A stretch of 64,000 bases of DNA, taken from the NCBI RefSeq assembly GCF_009914755.1, contig NC_060936.1; one strand, 5' to 3'. The notes beneath the pieces were generated by a model. That model was not told the origin of the DNA and made no database searches. It saw nothing but the letters and a program-made list of their open reading frames with translations. The first letter of the stretch is position 1; each line of letters opens with the position of its first letter. Shown here one piece after another: positions 28,949-44,340 of this stretch. The translations under genes were made by a program, and so were the position numbers. The stretch comes from the human T2T-CHM13v2.0 reference genome, Homo sapiens.

Positions 28949-29876
28949 TGGTGCTGGAGTTGCTGGTGTTGAGAAGATATCAAATCTCAACCATTTTTTA
29001 CCCCTATGGATTGCGCAGAACTGATGAACGTAATTCAGGGTTATCTTCACACATTCTGATCTTCTCCATGACAGGCATCTCCAGCACTGAAGCACCTCTG
29101 CCTCACCGTCACTTATGGAGCACCAAAGCATTTGGATAAAGACCGTTATAGGAAATTGGGGGGGAAATGGCTAAGAGAGAACAATTCGTTTACAATTACA
29201 AGATATTAGCTAATTTTGCCAGGGGCTGTTATATACATATCTTCAACCAAGGTGTGATCTGAATTTAATCCACATTTGGTGTTGCAGATGAGTTGTAAAG
29301 CCAACTGAAAGAGTTCCTTCAAGAAGTTCCTCTAACAGGAAGCTAGAAGTGTGGAATGAAGTTTTACTTGAAAGAAGGACCTTTACATGGCAGCTAACAA
29401 TGCTTTTTTGCTGACCGGGATTGGTTTATATGATTAAATTAATATTTGCTTAATAATACACTAAAAGTACATGAACAATGTCATCAATGCCACTTAAAAG
29501 TGAGAAAAAAGAATATATACATAATTTCTGATGGAAAACCTGTACCCTGATGCTGAATAATTAATGTATGTTGAATGTGGTCCCAGATTATTTCTGTAAG
29601 AAGACACTCCATGTTGTCAGCTTTGTACTCTTTGTTGATACTGCTTGTTTAGAGAAGGGTTCATATAAACACTCACTCTGTGTCTTCAACAGCATCTTTC
29701 TTTCCCCATCTTTCCATTTTCTGCACCCTCTGCTTGTTCCCTCATATTCTGTTCTTCCGACTCCTGCTAACACACACGCAACAAAAAAGGGAAGTGAGTG
29801 CTTATTTCACCTTGTGTAAGGACTGTGAAATCATGATGTCAAATAAACATGGTGAAACATTAAAAAAAAAAAAAAA
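28949..29876 (+). pseudogene. RPS6KC1: 5'-truncated processed pseudogene of RPS6KC1 (last ~25 codons plus 3'UTR and poly(A))
   Basis: Reads GAGVAGVE/[2-nt insertion]/DIKSQPFFTPMDCAELM against the remembered RPS6KC1 C-terminus GAGVAGVEDIKSHPFFTPVDWAELMR; AATAAA 29842-29847; poly(A) 29862-29876; TSD agaaggctcc(c/a)agtcc at 28933-28948 and 29876-29891. Symbol is the parent gene. Confidence 0.85.
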
Positions 29877-32632
29877 GAAGGCTCCAAGTCCATCTTTTAA
29901 AGCTGGTCTTTTAAATCTGGTGAGAGGCACTGAGGGAGAAGAGGGGAGACATGGACACTAATCTTTTATTTTGTACTTCTATATTGTTTGAATTGTAATA
30001 GAATGCAAATATTAAATTATAAGTACATTATTTACTATTTCCTTCTCCTTTCTTTTATGGAAATTGGGCCTAGAGATTGCACTATTTGGGGAAAGAAAAA
30101 AAAAAAGGTCCTAGCAAGAGAAGTGGGGAGGGGGGAAGCAAGGGGAGACACTGCTTAGAGATAATGAAGCAGAAAAGGTGGAAAGAGAATTTGGGGCCAG
30201 ATTTCATGAGATTTTGGAGGAGGGAAAGACCTCTAAATGTGATGAAGAGGCAATGAAGCCATATGTGGTGCTGTGTAACATCTTCCCCTGGACCCACCAG
30301 CAGGGTTTTCTCTTTTTCAAGAGTAGACATATTTCCTTTAAAAGTGCTCGAGCACCTGGGTCTGTCTGGTGGGAGTGGCAGAAATTTCACAAGGAGACAC
30401 TGGCAGATCTATTGCAACCCTCCGGAGCTCAGCGTCTGAGGCAACACTGCGGAGTGAAATAGTGCTGTGCTGTCTTCCCATCAGTTCATGAGATGGGCTT
30501 ATTTCTTTTATAGCCTCTAAGACAAAAACAAATGAGGGGAATGTGGTTGGAAATGCAGTTGAGTCAGCCAACCCCCAAGATCTGCCATATCAGCTCTTTG
30601 AACATTTGAAAATGGGAGTTTTCCTCACATTGAAACAAACTCCCTTTCCCTTTACAGGAGACGTTATTTCCAAAATTGTAAGTTTTATACCCATAAGACC
30701 ATTTTTCTCTCATGTTGCAGAAAACTTTCCCCTCTCAGCAGCCTCCAAGCCTATGAATCTTGGGGGAGCTGCTTAGACTGTGCACTCCATGTCTGTTGGA
30801 TTAAGACAAGGCCAGCTTCTTATGTTTACATAGCCTTTTGTAATTTGCAAGGCATAAGGTGTTCCACAAAAAGACAAGTAGCACAGGGGAACGTGGCAGG
30901 TGAATCTCAGGTGTGAGGGTATCCAAGCCTTTCTGAGATTAAAGTAAGAACACCTCATAGAGCCAGTCTGAGAACTAAGTAACAGGACATAGCTGAAACA
31001 CCTGAGTCAATGCCTCACGCCCACAATTATTCATCACAAATCTCATAGTCACCCTTCTCAAGTTTACTCCACTTTCCAAGGCAAGGATCAAACCAAGTGG
31101 TCCGACCCTACACCAAAACTCTATCCACTACACAACTCTGGTTTCCCACATTTATCACTCAGCAAACCAAGAATCCATCCTGCCACATAAAAGGCATTTG
31201 GGTAAAAGGTCATGCCAAAGATTACTCATATGTTTGGTCCCTGAAATTCCCAGAGATAATAAATATCCCTAACATGTAATGAGGCTGTCAACATTTTAGT
31301 AGGCAACTTTCACCAATTTAATGTGAACTCTATTAAGAAGACTTAAATTGATTTATCCAAGCCTCAAAAGACATCTGTAATTAATATCCTCCCATGTGAG
31401 ATACTGAAAAATAGTCAAGATAAAGTAGCCTGTACATAGTAATCAGCCACTGTTACATCTCAACTTTGAGTAAGGCAGTGAAGTTGTATTTAACGATGTG
31501 AAAAGTGTTTTTTAGTGCCTCAACTTAAAGACTCAGGACATCAGAACAACCATTAATTTTCCCCTCCACCCCCTACCACTGTTTGAAGTGGATGCTATAC
31601 AGATGTTTTACAAAAATGCTTCTCCTTCTACTCCTTGTTGTCAGCAGTTTACATGATTCAGGCAGCAGCTTCCAAAGAAACAAGATGGGAATTTTCCAGA
31701 ACCAAAGAGGATGTTCCTGGGCCTTTCGTGGGTCTGCCTCTGAAGCGGTGTGCCCTTTATAGAAACTACATGCCACAGGAAGCCCAAACCACTCTTGAGC
31801 CTATACCTGCTGTCTCCATAGCTGAAAGCCTGCTATGTTTATTATTATTATTATTAAGGCAGCCCCTTAGGTCCAGAGCTAGAAATATGAGTGTCTTTTT
31901 CTCTAAGCTATTACTGTACCTCTGCCTTCCTGTAAGAACTGCCCTATTTAAAACTGTAGATCCAGGCAACCTCAACCAGAGGTGTGCACAAGGCAGTAAA
32001 TGGTAGCCACAGTTAATGTCTTTTCAGATTTAGCCAGACACAGTTGGCATTAAAAGTAATTGTGACACTGCATGTGCCAACCAGGTTTCCCCACCAGCAC
32101 ACAGAAATCTTGATGGAGGAAAGGGAGGAAGAGAGGGAGGCAGTTGAGCATTTGCTGACTATTTGTTGACTCTTTATTGAAGCCTTTTGCATGTTCCATT
32201 TGACACTTACAGCACGTATGTCGCACACCCAGGTCTTCCAGCCCCAGGCCCATGCTTTTTCAAACTCATAGGTTATTAAATAGGTTATTATGGTTTAGAT
32301 TAAACGATTAATTTAATCAAAAGACATCTGTAGCCAGTAGATGTTAATTGACCTACAAAGCCAATGATTAATTTAACTCGATTAATTTAATTTAATTAAT
32401 TTAAGCATCGGCTTTGTAGGTTAATAAATATTTATTCTCCCAAGACCTAATATCTTTAAATAAAAGAGGAAACCTAAGACCCCAACACAAATATTATTGC
32501 ATCTTACTGAAGGAACCAGCACTAACCCAAGCCAATATGGGTCCTGTTGTGCACTAATTTGTAATCTTTCTTTAAACTAAGCTGAAGACTTATGCCCCCT
32601 CCTGATTAAGGGAAAATGGAAAAGACTGCTAG

Positions 32633-33005
<373 letters not shown>

Positions 33006-33139
33006 AAGATTACATTTTTTAGCCTCCCTTGTAGACAGCTGTAGTTGTGTGACTAATTGTTGGTCGTGACATATAAGAAGCATTATGTAGGCCAGGAGTG
33101 GTGGCTCAACATTTCACATTTTACTTTTGTGTAAAAGAG

Positions 33140-33800
33140 GCCCGGAAATAGCAAGTCTCCTTAGCAGCACTGTCTTCCGTCAAGCCTAGGGTTTGGCACT
33201 TGTTCTCTTGGTTGAAGATGGCTGCCAAAGCTTTAGCCCTCGGCCTTCACATCTGCATTCCAAGTGGAAGGACTGAGAAAGAGGAAGAGAAGATCTTGCC
33301 CCCTTTTTTAAAAAGGTCCCTGTAAATAGAATATAATCTTTTTTTTTTTTTTTAGACTTCACTCTGTCCCCCAGACTGGGGTACAGAGGTGTGATCTCGG
33401 CTCAACCTCCACCTCCTAGGTTCAAGTGATTCTCCCACTTCAGCCTCCCAAGTAGTTGGGATTACAGGTGTGCACCACCATGTCCAGCTAATTTTTGTAT
33501 TTTTAGTAGAGACAGGGTTTGCCATGTTGGCCAGGTTGGTCTTGAACTCCTGGCCTCAAGTGATCCACCTGCCTTGGCCTCCCAAAGTACTAGGATTACA
33601 GTGCTAGGATTATGTAGGCCACCATGCCTGGCCTACATAATGCTTCTTATATGTCATTGACCAAAAATTAATCACATGACTACAGCTGTCTGCAAGGGAG
33701 GCTAAAAAATGTAATCTTAGATGGATGGCAATATGCCCAACAAAAAATTAGTGTTTTGTTATTATGAAGGATATCGGGTGGCAACTAGCAATCTCTGCCA
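33140..33800. mobile_element. Ancient MaLR (MLT1-type) LTR interrupted by the Alu at 33339-33633
   Basis: aagatggctgcc...cacatctgcattcca; tcattgaccaaaaattaatcacatgac...tgcaagggaggct...aaatgtaatct. Confidence 0.55.
33339..33633 (-). mobile_element. Alu (AluS-type) with a rearranged 5' head
   Basis: Poly(T) at 33339, dimeric body; duplicated taggatta motif and a hairpin at the head. Confidence 0.93.
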
Positions 33801-33996
33801 TATTCCCTTAAACAGGAGGGTGCATAGGTCTTCAGCTTAGTTTAAAGAAAGATTACAAATTAGCGTGTCACAGTACCCATATTGGCTTGGGTTAGTGCTG
33901 GTTCCTTCAGTAAGATGCAATAATATTTGTGTTGGGGTCTTAAGTTTCCTCTTTTATTTAAAGATATTAGGTCTTGGAAAAATAAATATTAATTAA

Positions 33997-34298
<302 letters not shown>

Positions 34299-34455
34299 TG
34301 TAGTGTCAGAATTGAATGAAATGATTATAGACACACAGTTGGAAAATTGCTTGGTGTGTGGAAAAAAACCTACACACATTTTGGTGATCAGGTGTCTTCT
34401 GTGCTGTGTCGAGCATGGCAGTAGGAAAAATAGTTTGGTCTTTCCTATTTCATAC
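34299..34455 (+). mobile_element. MER21-like LTR 3' fragment
   Basis: gtgtcagaattgaat...aattgcttggtgtgtggaaaaaaacctacacacattttggtgatcag. Confidence 0.6.
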
Positions 34456-34654
34456 AGTAGGAGTGGGAATCAAGGAATAACCATCATCAGAGAAATTATT
34501 AACATGTTACTATTGTAGCTATTTTCTTAAAAAATATTTTTACTTTAAAAGTTTGGAACTAAAATTTTTGATAACAATAGCAAGAAAGGTGGAGAGAAAG
34601 GTGTATAATGAATACAAAATATGCTATACTTCTAGTTTTGTTTAAGCGGAAGAT

Positions 34655-34838
34655 TAGGGTTGCCAGATCTAGCAAACAAAAATATAAAACATCCAATTAA
34701 ATTGGGATTTTGGATAAACAACAAATCATTTTTAGCATGTCCCATGCAGTATTTGGGACATATTTATACTAAAAAATGATTTGTTATTTATCTGAAATTC
34801 GAACAACTGTGTGCCCTGTATTTTATCTGGCAGCCCTA
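34655..34838. mobile_element. MER53 palindromic hAT MITE
   Basis: TIRs tagggttgccagat...atctggcagcccta; central atgtcccatgcagtatttgggacat. Confidence 0.85.
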
Positions 34839-35439
34839 AGAGAATAGAAACAATGTTACCCTTTGTTAGAAGTATATACATTAATTTTTTAATTAAAGAG
34901 GGATACTGAAAAAGTAGTGTAAGCCAAATTAAGATGGAAAGTATAAGGTTACTAATATATTAATTATCACATCATAATATATTAGTTATTAGTTACATTA
35001 GTTATTACATCAGAACTCATTAACAGTTGCATTCATTCTAATAGGAAGAGAGACACTAGAGTGATTCCAAACTTAAGGTTCAATTATTGATTTAATAAAT
35101 ATTATTGAGCATCTATTATTTAAACAGACCTGGGTTCAAATCCTGGCTTGTTTTAGACTTTATATAGATGGCAATTTAACCTGTACCAGGAGTCTCCCTA
35201 TAAACCAATTTTCTTTCAAAAAGTTGTTCATCATTTATTAATAGACAATAATTTCTGCCCCATGTGTTAGATACATTTTTGTTCTGAAATTGCATTGCAG
35301 AGAAGTAGTGAAAAATACCTTTCAAAATTTCTTTTTATTTTGTCTTTCCAGACTGAAAACTAGGATACTTACTTAACCCAGGAAAACAACTAATTAATAA
35401 ATAATAAAAACATATGATTCATATAATATAATATTGTAA

Positions 35440-35650
35440 CTAAAACTACATAGCAATTTGGAGTTTATAAAGTGCTTCTCACCTGCATGATTTCAGGAAA
35501 TCTGCCCAATAGTCTTATAAGGCAAGTATTATTTGTGTCCCCACTTGTCAAATAAGATGAGCTTAGGGCAGGTAAGAATGATCCACATCCACGTACCTCT
35601 CTAGCAACAGGACTGGCTCTGAAACCCAAATCCCCCGCCTCCATGCTATG
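35440..35650 (-). mobile_element. MIR SINE (diverged)
   Basis: gagtttataaagtgcttctcac...ggcaagtattatt...gaaacccaaatc. Confidence 0.55.
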
Positions 35651-35789
35651 TACCTAAAGCAGAAAGTGACTGAGGGCGCAAGAAGCAAGGATTTTGAGAT
35701 CCAAGGATTGGGCTTCCCATAGTTTCTCTGCCATATTGTCTGTGTGAAAATGATAATATCTATTCAAGAGATGACTGTTTATATATGTA

Positions 35790-36342
35790 GTGTATATGTT
35801 CAGTTATCTATTCCTTTATGATCAATCAACCCAAAATGTAGTGGTACCGAACAGCAACATTGATTGCCTCACAGTTTCTGTGGGCACAGGTCAGCTGGAT
35901 CCTTTGGTTCAATGTCTCTCCCATGCCTACAATCAAGATGTTGGTTTGGGCTGGGAAACGACATCCACTTCCCAGCTCACTCACATGGCTGTTGGCAAAC
36001 TTCAGTTCTCCAAGGGTGTTGGACTAAGGACTTCAGTTCCTTGCTGCTGGCTTTTGGTGGAGGCTGCCCTCACTTCTTTCCCACGTGGGTCTGTCCACAG
36101 GGCAGCTTACAACATGGCGGCTGACTTTCTCAACAGGAGCTAGGGAGAGAGTGGGAGCAAGACAAAAGACGCAGTCTTCTGTAGCCCAATCTCAGAAATG
36201 ACATTCCACTACTTTTGCCATATTCTATTCATTGTAAGTGAGTCCCTAGGTCTGGCCCACACTCAAGATGGGGAGATTATACAACGGCATTAATACCAGG
36301 AGGTAAGAACCACTGGGGCATCTTAGAAGGCTGCCTGCCATG
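35790..36342 (-). mobile_element. MaLR LTR (MLT1F/G-like)
   Basis: tcagttatctatt...ctcacagtttctgtggg...ccactacttttgccatattctattc...catcttagaaggctgcctgcca. Confidence 0.75.
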
Positions 36343-37129
36343 GCATGTGAATCTTACTCTGCCAACTCAGGGGTCCAAGCAATATAACCTTTATTTTCCT
36401 GTAACGCTTTCTAGTTTGAGCCCATTTTTAAATGAAGAAAGTTTGATCTTTGTTAATTCCGGGCTTTCTGACCCTTTCCTCAGGTTGAAGTTTCAGTGAG
36501 ATTACAGTGGGGAATTAGAAGCATGCCACAGGGAGGGAGAGTTGACAAGCCCTTGATGTCATCTGTCTTCATGGGTCACTGCTGCCATTCCTGCCTTCAC
36601 AGTCCTTCCAGGCCCGGCTGGCCTCCTGGAACCTCCTAACAATGACTCCAGCTCAAGAAGGGAGATGCAAAAACTTGGCATTCTGTATTTCCAGGCCCTT
36701 TTCAGGTCCTGCCTCCGCTGCTGAATGCTGACTAGAAGGAGCGGCACTGGCCCCTTCTCTAAAACCCACTTGATGTCTTTTCTCTCGCTCCCCAGCCTGA
36801 TGATCTTTCTCCAGCCTTGGGAAGGAGGGAAAGACCTTCTCACTCCCTCCATATTTCTCCAAATATTTGCTTTATATCCAGAGTCCTCTCAGTAGCCCTC
36901 AGAGCTTAGACTTTTGAAAACCAAAGTCAAACAATTTATTTCCCAGCTCTTTATTCTGACTGATCTCTGGAAACAAGTTGCTCTGTACCTCCTAAAAGAA
37001 AGTGTGCATTGGGCAATACCAAAAAGCTGGGAAAACTACCCTGAAAAATCAGCCTAACACATACATTTGGTCATGAGAAGAAACTGAAATAATCAATGTC
37101 AACAAGTGACTTGGTGTGTAAATTATAAC

Positions 37130-37365
37130 AACAACTGACATCTTTTAAGCATTGATCACATGCCAGGCACTATTTTAAGCACTTTACGTATAGTAACTCA
37201 CGTAATTCTTATAATATCCTTGAGATTTAGGAAGATTCATTTTATGGATGGAGAGACTCAGGCACAGAAATGTTAAGAGACTTGCCGCATGTCACACAGC
37301 TATGAGTGTTGGAGTAAGGCTTGGTGCCTAAGAAGTCTGGCACTGGAGTCTAGACCCTCAAGTAC
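37130..37365 (-). mobile_element. MIR SINE
   Basis: tgccaggcactattttaagcactttac...cattttatggatggagagactcaggcacag. Confidence 0.85.
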
Positions 37366-37557
37366 AGAAGCAGACGTTTGTTTGGAAGCTCCAGCCTAGA
37401 GTGAAGATTGCTAATTACAAACTCCATTGCATACTTTTATTTTTTATTTGGAAACATTTTAGATACATAAAGATATACACAATAACATCAAACCCCGTAC
37501 ACCCACCAGTCAGCTTAACAAATAAACCAAATATACATAATGCCTAATTGAGACCCC

Positions 37558-37918
37558 TTGCCTTACTCTGTTGAGACTGCTAAAACAAAATATCGTAAAC
37601 TGGGTGGCTTGTAAACAACAAAAACTTATTTCTCACAGTTCAGGCAACTGGAAAGTCCAAGATTAAGGTGCTAGCAGATTCCATGTCTGGTGAAGGCCCG
37701 TTTTTGGTTGACAGGTTGCTGTCTTCTCACTGTAACTTCACACAGTAAAAGGGGAAAGGGAGCTCTCTGGGTTCTCTCTTATGAGGTACTAATCCCATTC
37801 ATGAGGGCTCCATCCTTGTGACCTAATCACTGTACAAAGGCCTCATCTCCTAATACCATCACCTTAGGGGTCAGGATTTCAACATACAAATTTGGGGGAC
37901 ACAAACATTCAGTTGACA
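37558..37918 (-). mobile_element. MLT1A-type LTR nested in an old minus-strand L1ME fragment (~37430-38230)
   Basis: aactgggtggcttgtaaacaac...ggaaagtccaagattaagg...cctaataccatcaccttagggg...acacaaacattcag. Confidence 0.82.
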
Positions 37919-38010
37919 GAACCCCTGTTTTCTCTTCCCAATTTTATCCCCTCACTTTCTGCCAGATGTAATCACTATCCTGTTTTATATTTCCATTCCC
38001 ATTCGTATAT

Positions 38011-38110
38011 TTTTTTTGATACATAATAACTGTACCTATTTATGGGATACATGTGATATTTTGAGTCATGCACACGGTGTGTCATGATCATATCAGGGTA
38101 ACTGGGAGGG
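38011..38110 (-). mobile_element. ~100-bp L1MA-type 3' end insertion with degenerate TSD tcccat..tat
   Basis: Poly(T) then atacataataactgtacctatttatgggatacatgtgatatttt; TSD 37997-38010 and 38111-38124 (11/14 match). Confidence 0.7.
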
Positions 38111-38593
38111 TCCCATGCATATCTCTGTTTTTCACTCTACATGTATGAATCTGTATGCAGCATATACTAACATTTTGCATGTTTTCAAGCTTTTAATTTG
38201 TCAGTACACATCCTTCTTCAACTTGCTACTTTCACTACATGGATAAAAACTTTAAATCAAAAATTTTTATCTCAAAAGAGGAGTTGCCAGAGAAGTGTCT
38301 ACTCAGGATAATTTGCTGTAGAAACAGCAACACTAAGCCTTGCTGGCATGCAAATTCTTCTTAACTAAAGAGAAAAATGCAATAGGACTTCTCAGGGCCA
38401 GGTACATTCCCTCTTCTCCCTCTTACTTTGTGAGTGTTGTGAGTTGAGACCAAGATTCTGGAGAAACCAAAAGACATCTCCAGGCATGAACTCCCTTAAC
38501 TCCATCCATCCTACCTCGAACTAATCTATATCTTCACTCATCCCCTGAGGAAAGGAAATCCAAGAAATAACATACCAACTTTGGAGTCATTCA

Positions 38594-38917
<324 letters not shown>

Positions 38918-39916
38918 TTACAGTTGGACACCATCTTTCATTTGCACTACTATTTTAATAATTATGCACCCTGGTCTGTTTACCCTTTTTCTTTTCTCCT
39001 ATATCTTGTTCCTCTCCCTCACTGCCACTTGAATGATATCTCCAAAACCCAGGTGCAACCCTATCACATCCAGAGTAAGGACAATTTCCTTACCAGCAAG
39101 ACTTTCCTAACCAGCTTCTGCCACTTCTCCACGGCCTCCTCTCCATCTACTCTTCCTTCAGGAACCCCAGCTCCAGCTCTTCCCCAAATATTCCAAATCC
39201 CCATGCACCATGTTGTCTATGCCAATGTCTCTGTCTATTGTCTAGGTCTACAGTGCTCTTTCCTCTGCACACCAACAAAAGCACTACTTTCCATCTCCCA
39301 CGGATTCTTCAAGCCCAGCTCCTGAGTTAGTTTCTTGGTAAATCTTACCTGATTCTTCCAAATAGCATTGTCTCTCGACCTCCCTCTGTACTGTCATGGA
39401 TTTCCCACCTACCTACCACTAAGCTGGCAGCGATCATAGCACTCTGCACAGTAATTCTTTGCAGATCTGAATCCCCCGTGCCAGGCACTCCCTGTGGAAA
39501 AGGACTGTGTGCAGTTTTCCCTTGTGTCCTGGCTCACAGAATGGTGGCTGGCATGGGTCCATACTATTGAAGCTTGCTGCATTGATGAAGCCTGTGATGC
39601 CAGATGATGTCTGGGTAAGCCAGCTATCTTAAATGAGATTTTGGTATTATCCATGGAGGGGCCCTTAGGAAATGTTACTGAGGTCTCTTTTATAAAATGG
39701 CAACCAAATCACACCATTCCAGAGCACTGAAGATGGTTAGATGGTTGTGGTGAATAAAGTAGATGTATCAACAAAAAGCACACTATATAAAGGACTGGGC
39801 TTCTATGCACTTTTTTTTTTAAGGAAAGCAAGTTTATGAGAAAAGTAAAGAAACAAAAAAATGACTATTCCATAGGCTGAACAGCCTCCTATGCACTTTT
39901 AAAAACAGCTGTATTG

Positions 39917-42430
<2,514 letters not shown>

Positions 42431-42440
42431 CAAGTGCTTT

Positions 42441-42915
42441 TGTATCAGTTACCTATTGTTGTATAACAAACAGCCCAAAACTTAGTGACTTAAATTAACA
42501 TCCCTTTTACTGACTATTGATTTTGCACATCAGCAATTTGAGATGGACTTGGCTAGATTGTTCATCTCCTGGTCCTGCCTGGGACTGGAGCTGGAGAGTC
42601 TTAAGATAGCCCCTCTCACATGTCTGGTAGTTCATGCTGGCTGTCATCTGGATCTCTTTTCATGTGGTCTGTCATCTTTAAGGTGACTAGACTATACCTC
42701 TTTCCATGGAAGTCTCAGAGCAATGATGCCTGCAAGAAAGTGAGAGCAGAAGTTGCAAGTACTCTTGAAGTCTTGCTTGGAAATCATACGGTGTTTGTTA
42801 TCCCACATTCTACTGGCCAAAGCTAGTTGCAAGTACAGCTCAGAAGAGTCCCAATTCATGGGATAAGGTACTAGGTGCCACCTCCTCATGGAAGGAGTAG
42901 CATTTTAATTCACCA
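42441..42915 (-). mobile_element. MaLR LTR (MLT1H-like)
   Basis: tgtatcagttacctattgttgtataacaaacagcccaaaacttagtgacttaaa...ccacattctactggccaaagc. Confidence 0.7.
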
Positions 42916-43950
42916 CATCTTTCAAAGATGTGGTCCACTGGTCTTTTATTCCCTCCTCCTGACACTGAATTGTATCTTTCCATAGTCATGCTTTCTCACT
43001 CTTCTTTACTTGGATTTCCGTGTGCAGCATTTTCTTGGATAGAAAAGAACCAGTAAAGATCATCTGCTCTGTGACCTCCTACCCAAAAGAGAGAAAGATG
43101 CTAAATAAATTTCTCTCTTAAAAGATAAGTGGAAACAATTAAGTGATAAAGTACAATTTGCTGTTTGGTACCAGCTCCCATAAACCCAATTGAGAAATAT
43201 AATCTGGAAAGTTGTAAATATAATTCTGTTTCTTCCGTATTTTTTGTTGTTGTTGTAGGGAGCATGGTGTTCCTCCTAACCAAAAACATTTACGTGATCT
43301 ATTTGTTAATTGTTCAGAAGCAGCTGATCCATAACTCATGAAGACAATGATAGCAATTTTCATATTTTTTATTATGATTAAAGTTTCAGAAACAAGTTTG
43401 AGTTCTTACAGTGTACGGCAATATGTAAGACTATTTTACAAAATGTGCTCATGGAAAGTAAAGAATACTAACACATTGGGTCTGTCCAATTGTCTAGAAC
43501 CTTAAAGCTAACTTGAGTTTTAGCACTTTATTATGAAAAAAGGAGCAAATTATTAGAAAACATTGACATAATTGGCTTATTAAAAACAAAACTAAACTTT
43601 CCAGAAAGAGCATGCATGCAGTTTCAATCTCTTGTAATCAAAGAGAGGCACCTTAGGCCTGCAAATGACAAAAAGTTTCCATTTTAATCAGTATAAAGAT
43701 GGATCAGGCATGTTTAAAAGATGTCATCATCAGAATGGAAACAAAACATCCTCTGACACTCAGTTAACCAGAGAAATCAATTAATCTTCATAGCCTTAAT
43801 AATCCAATAATGCAAGTGAGTTAAGATTCATTCCTAATTAAAATAGAGCCAATCTTACTGCTATTGCTAATTATAACAACCATATAATGAACATTATCAT
43901 GTGCTTTACTGCATCATATAAATTAGATGATTTTATCCTCTCAAAAACTC

Positions 43951-44340
43951 TGTAGATTAGTTAACTTGAGCTGTCATAACAAACTATCACAGACTGGTTG
44001 TCTTAAAAAAAAAAAAAGATGTATTTCTCACAGTTCTGGAGACCAAGGTGTAGGCAAGGTTGGTTCCTTCTAGGGCCATGAGGGAAGGATCTATTCCAGG
44101 CCTCTCTCCCTGGTTTGTCTTCTCCCTGATTCTTCACATCATCTTCCCTCTGTACATGTCTGTGTCCAAACTTCCTCTTATTAAAAGGACACCGGTCATA
44201 TTGGATTAGGGCCCACCGTCATGACCTCATTCTAACTTAATTACCTCTCTAAAGGCTCTATCTCCAAATACAGTCATATTTTGAAGTGCTTGGAGTTAGG
44301 ACTTCAATATATGAATAGGGGGGCACAATTCAGCCCGTAG
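43951..44340 (-). mobile_element. MLT1B/C-type LTR inserted in a MIR
   Basis: ctcacagttctggagaccaagg...ggtcatattggattagggcccacc...ggggcacaattcagccc; MIR halves flank it. Confidence 0.82.

Noticed and set aside
28931-29139. ORFs on both strands over the retrocopy, and a possible twin-priming inversion
   Set aside because: The plus-strand frameshifted reading matches the RPS6KC1 C-terminus collinearly, so no inversion is needed and the listed ORFs are off-frame
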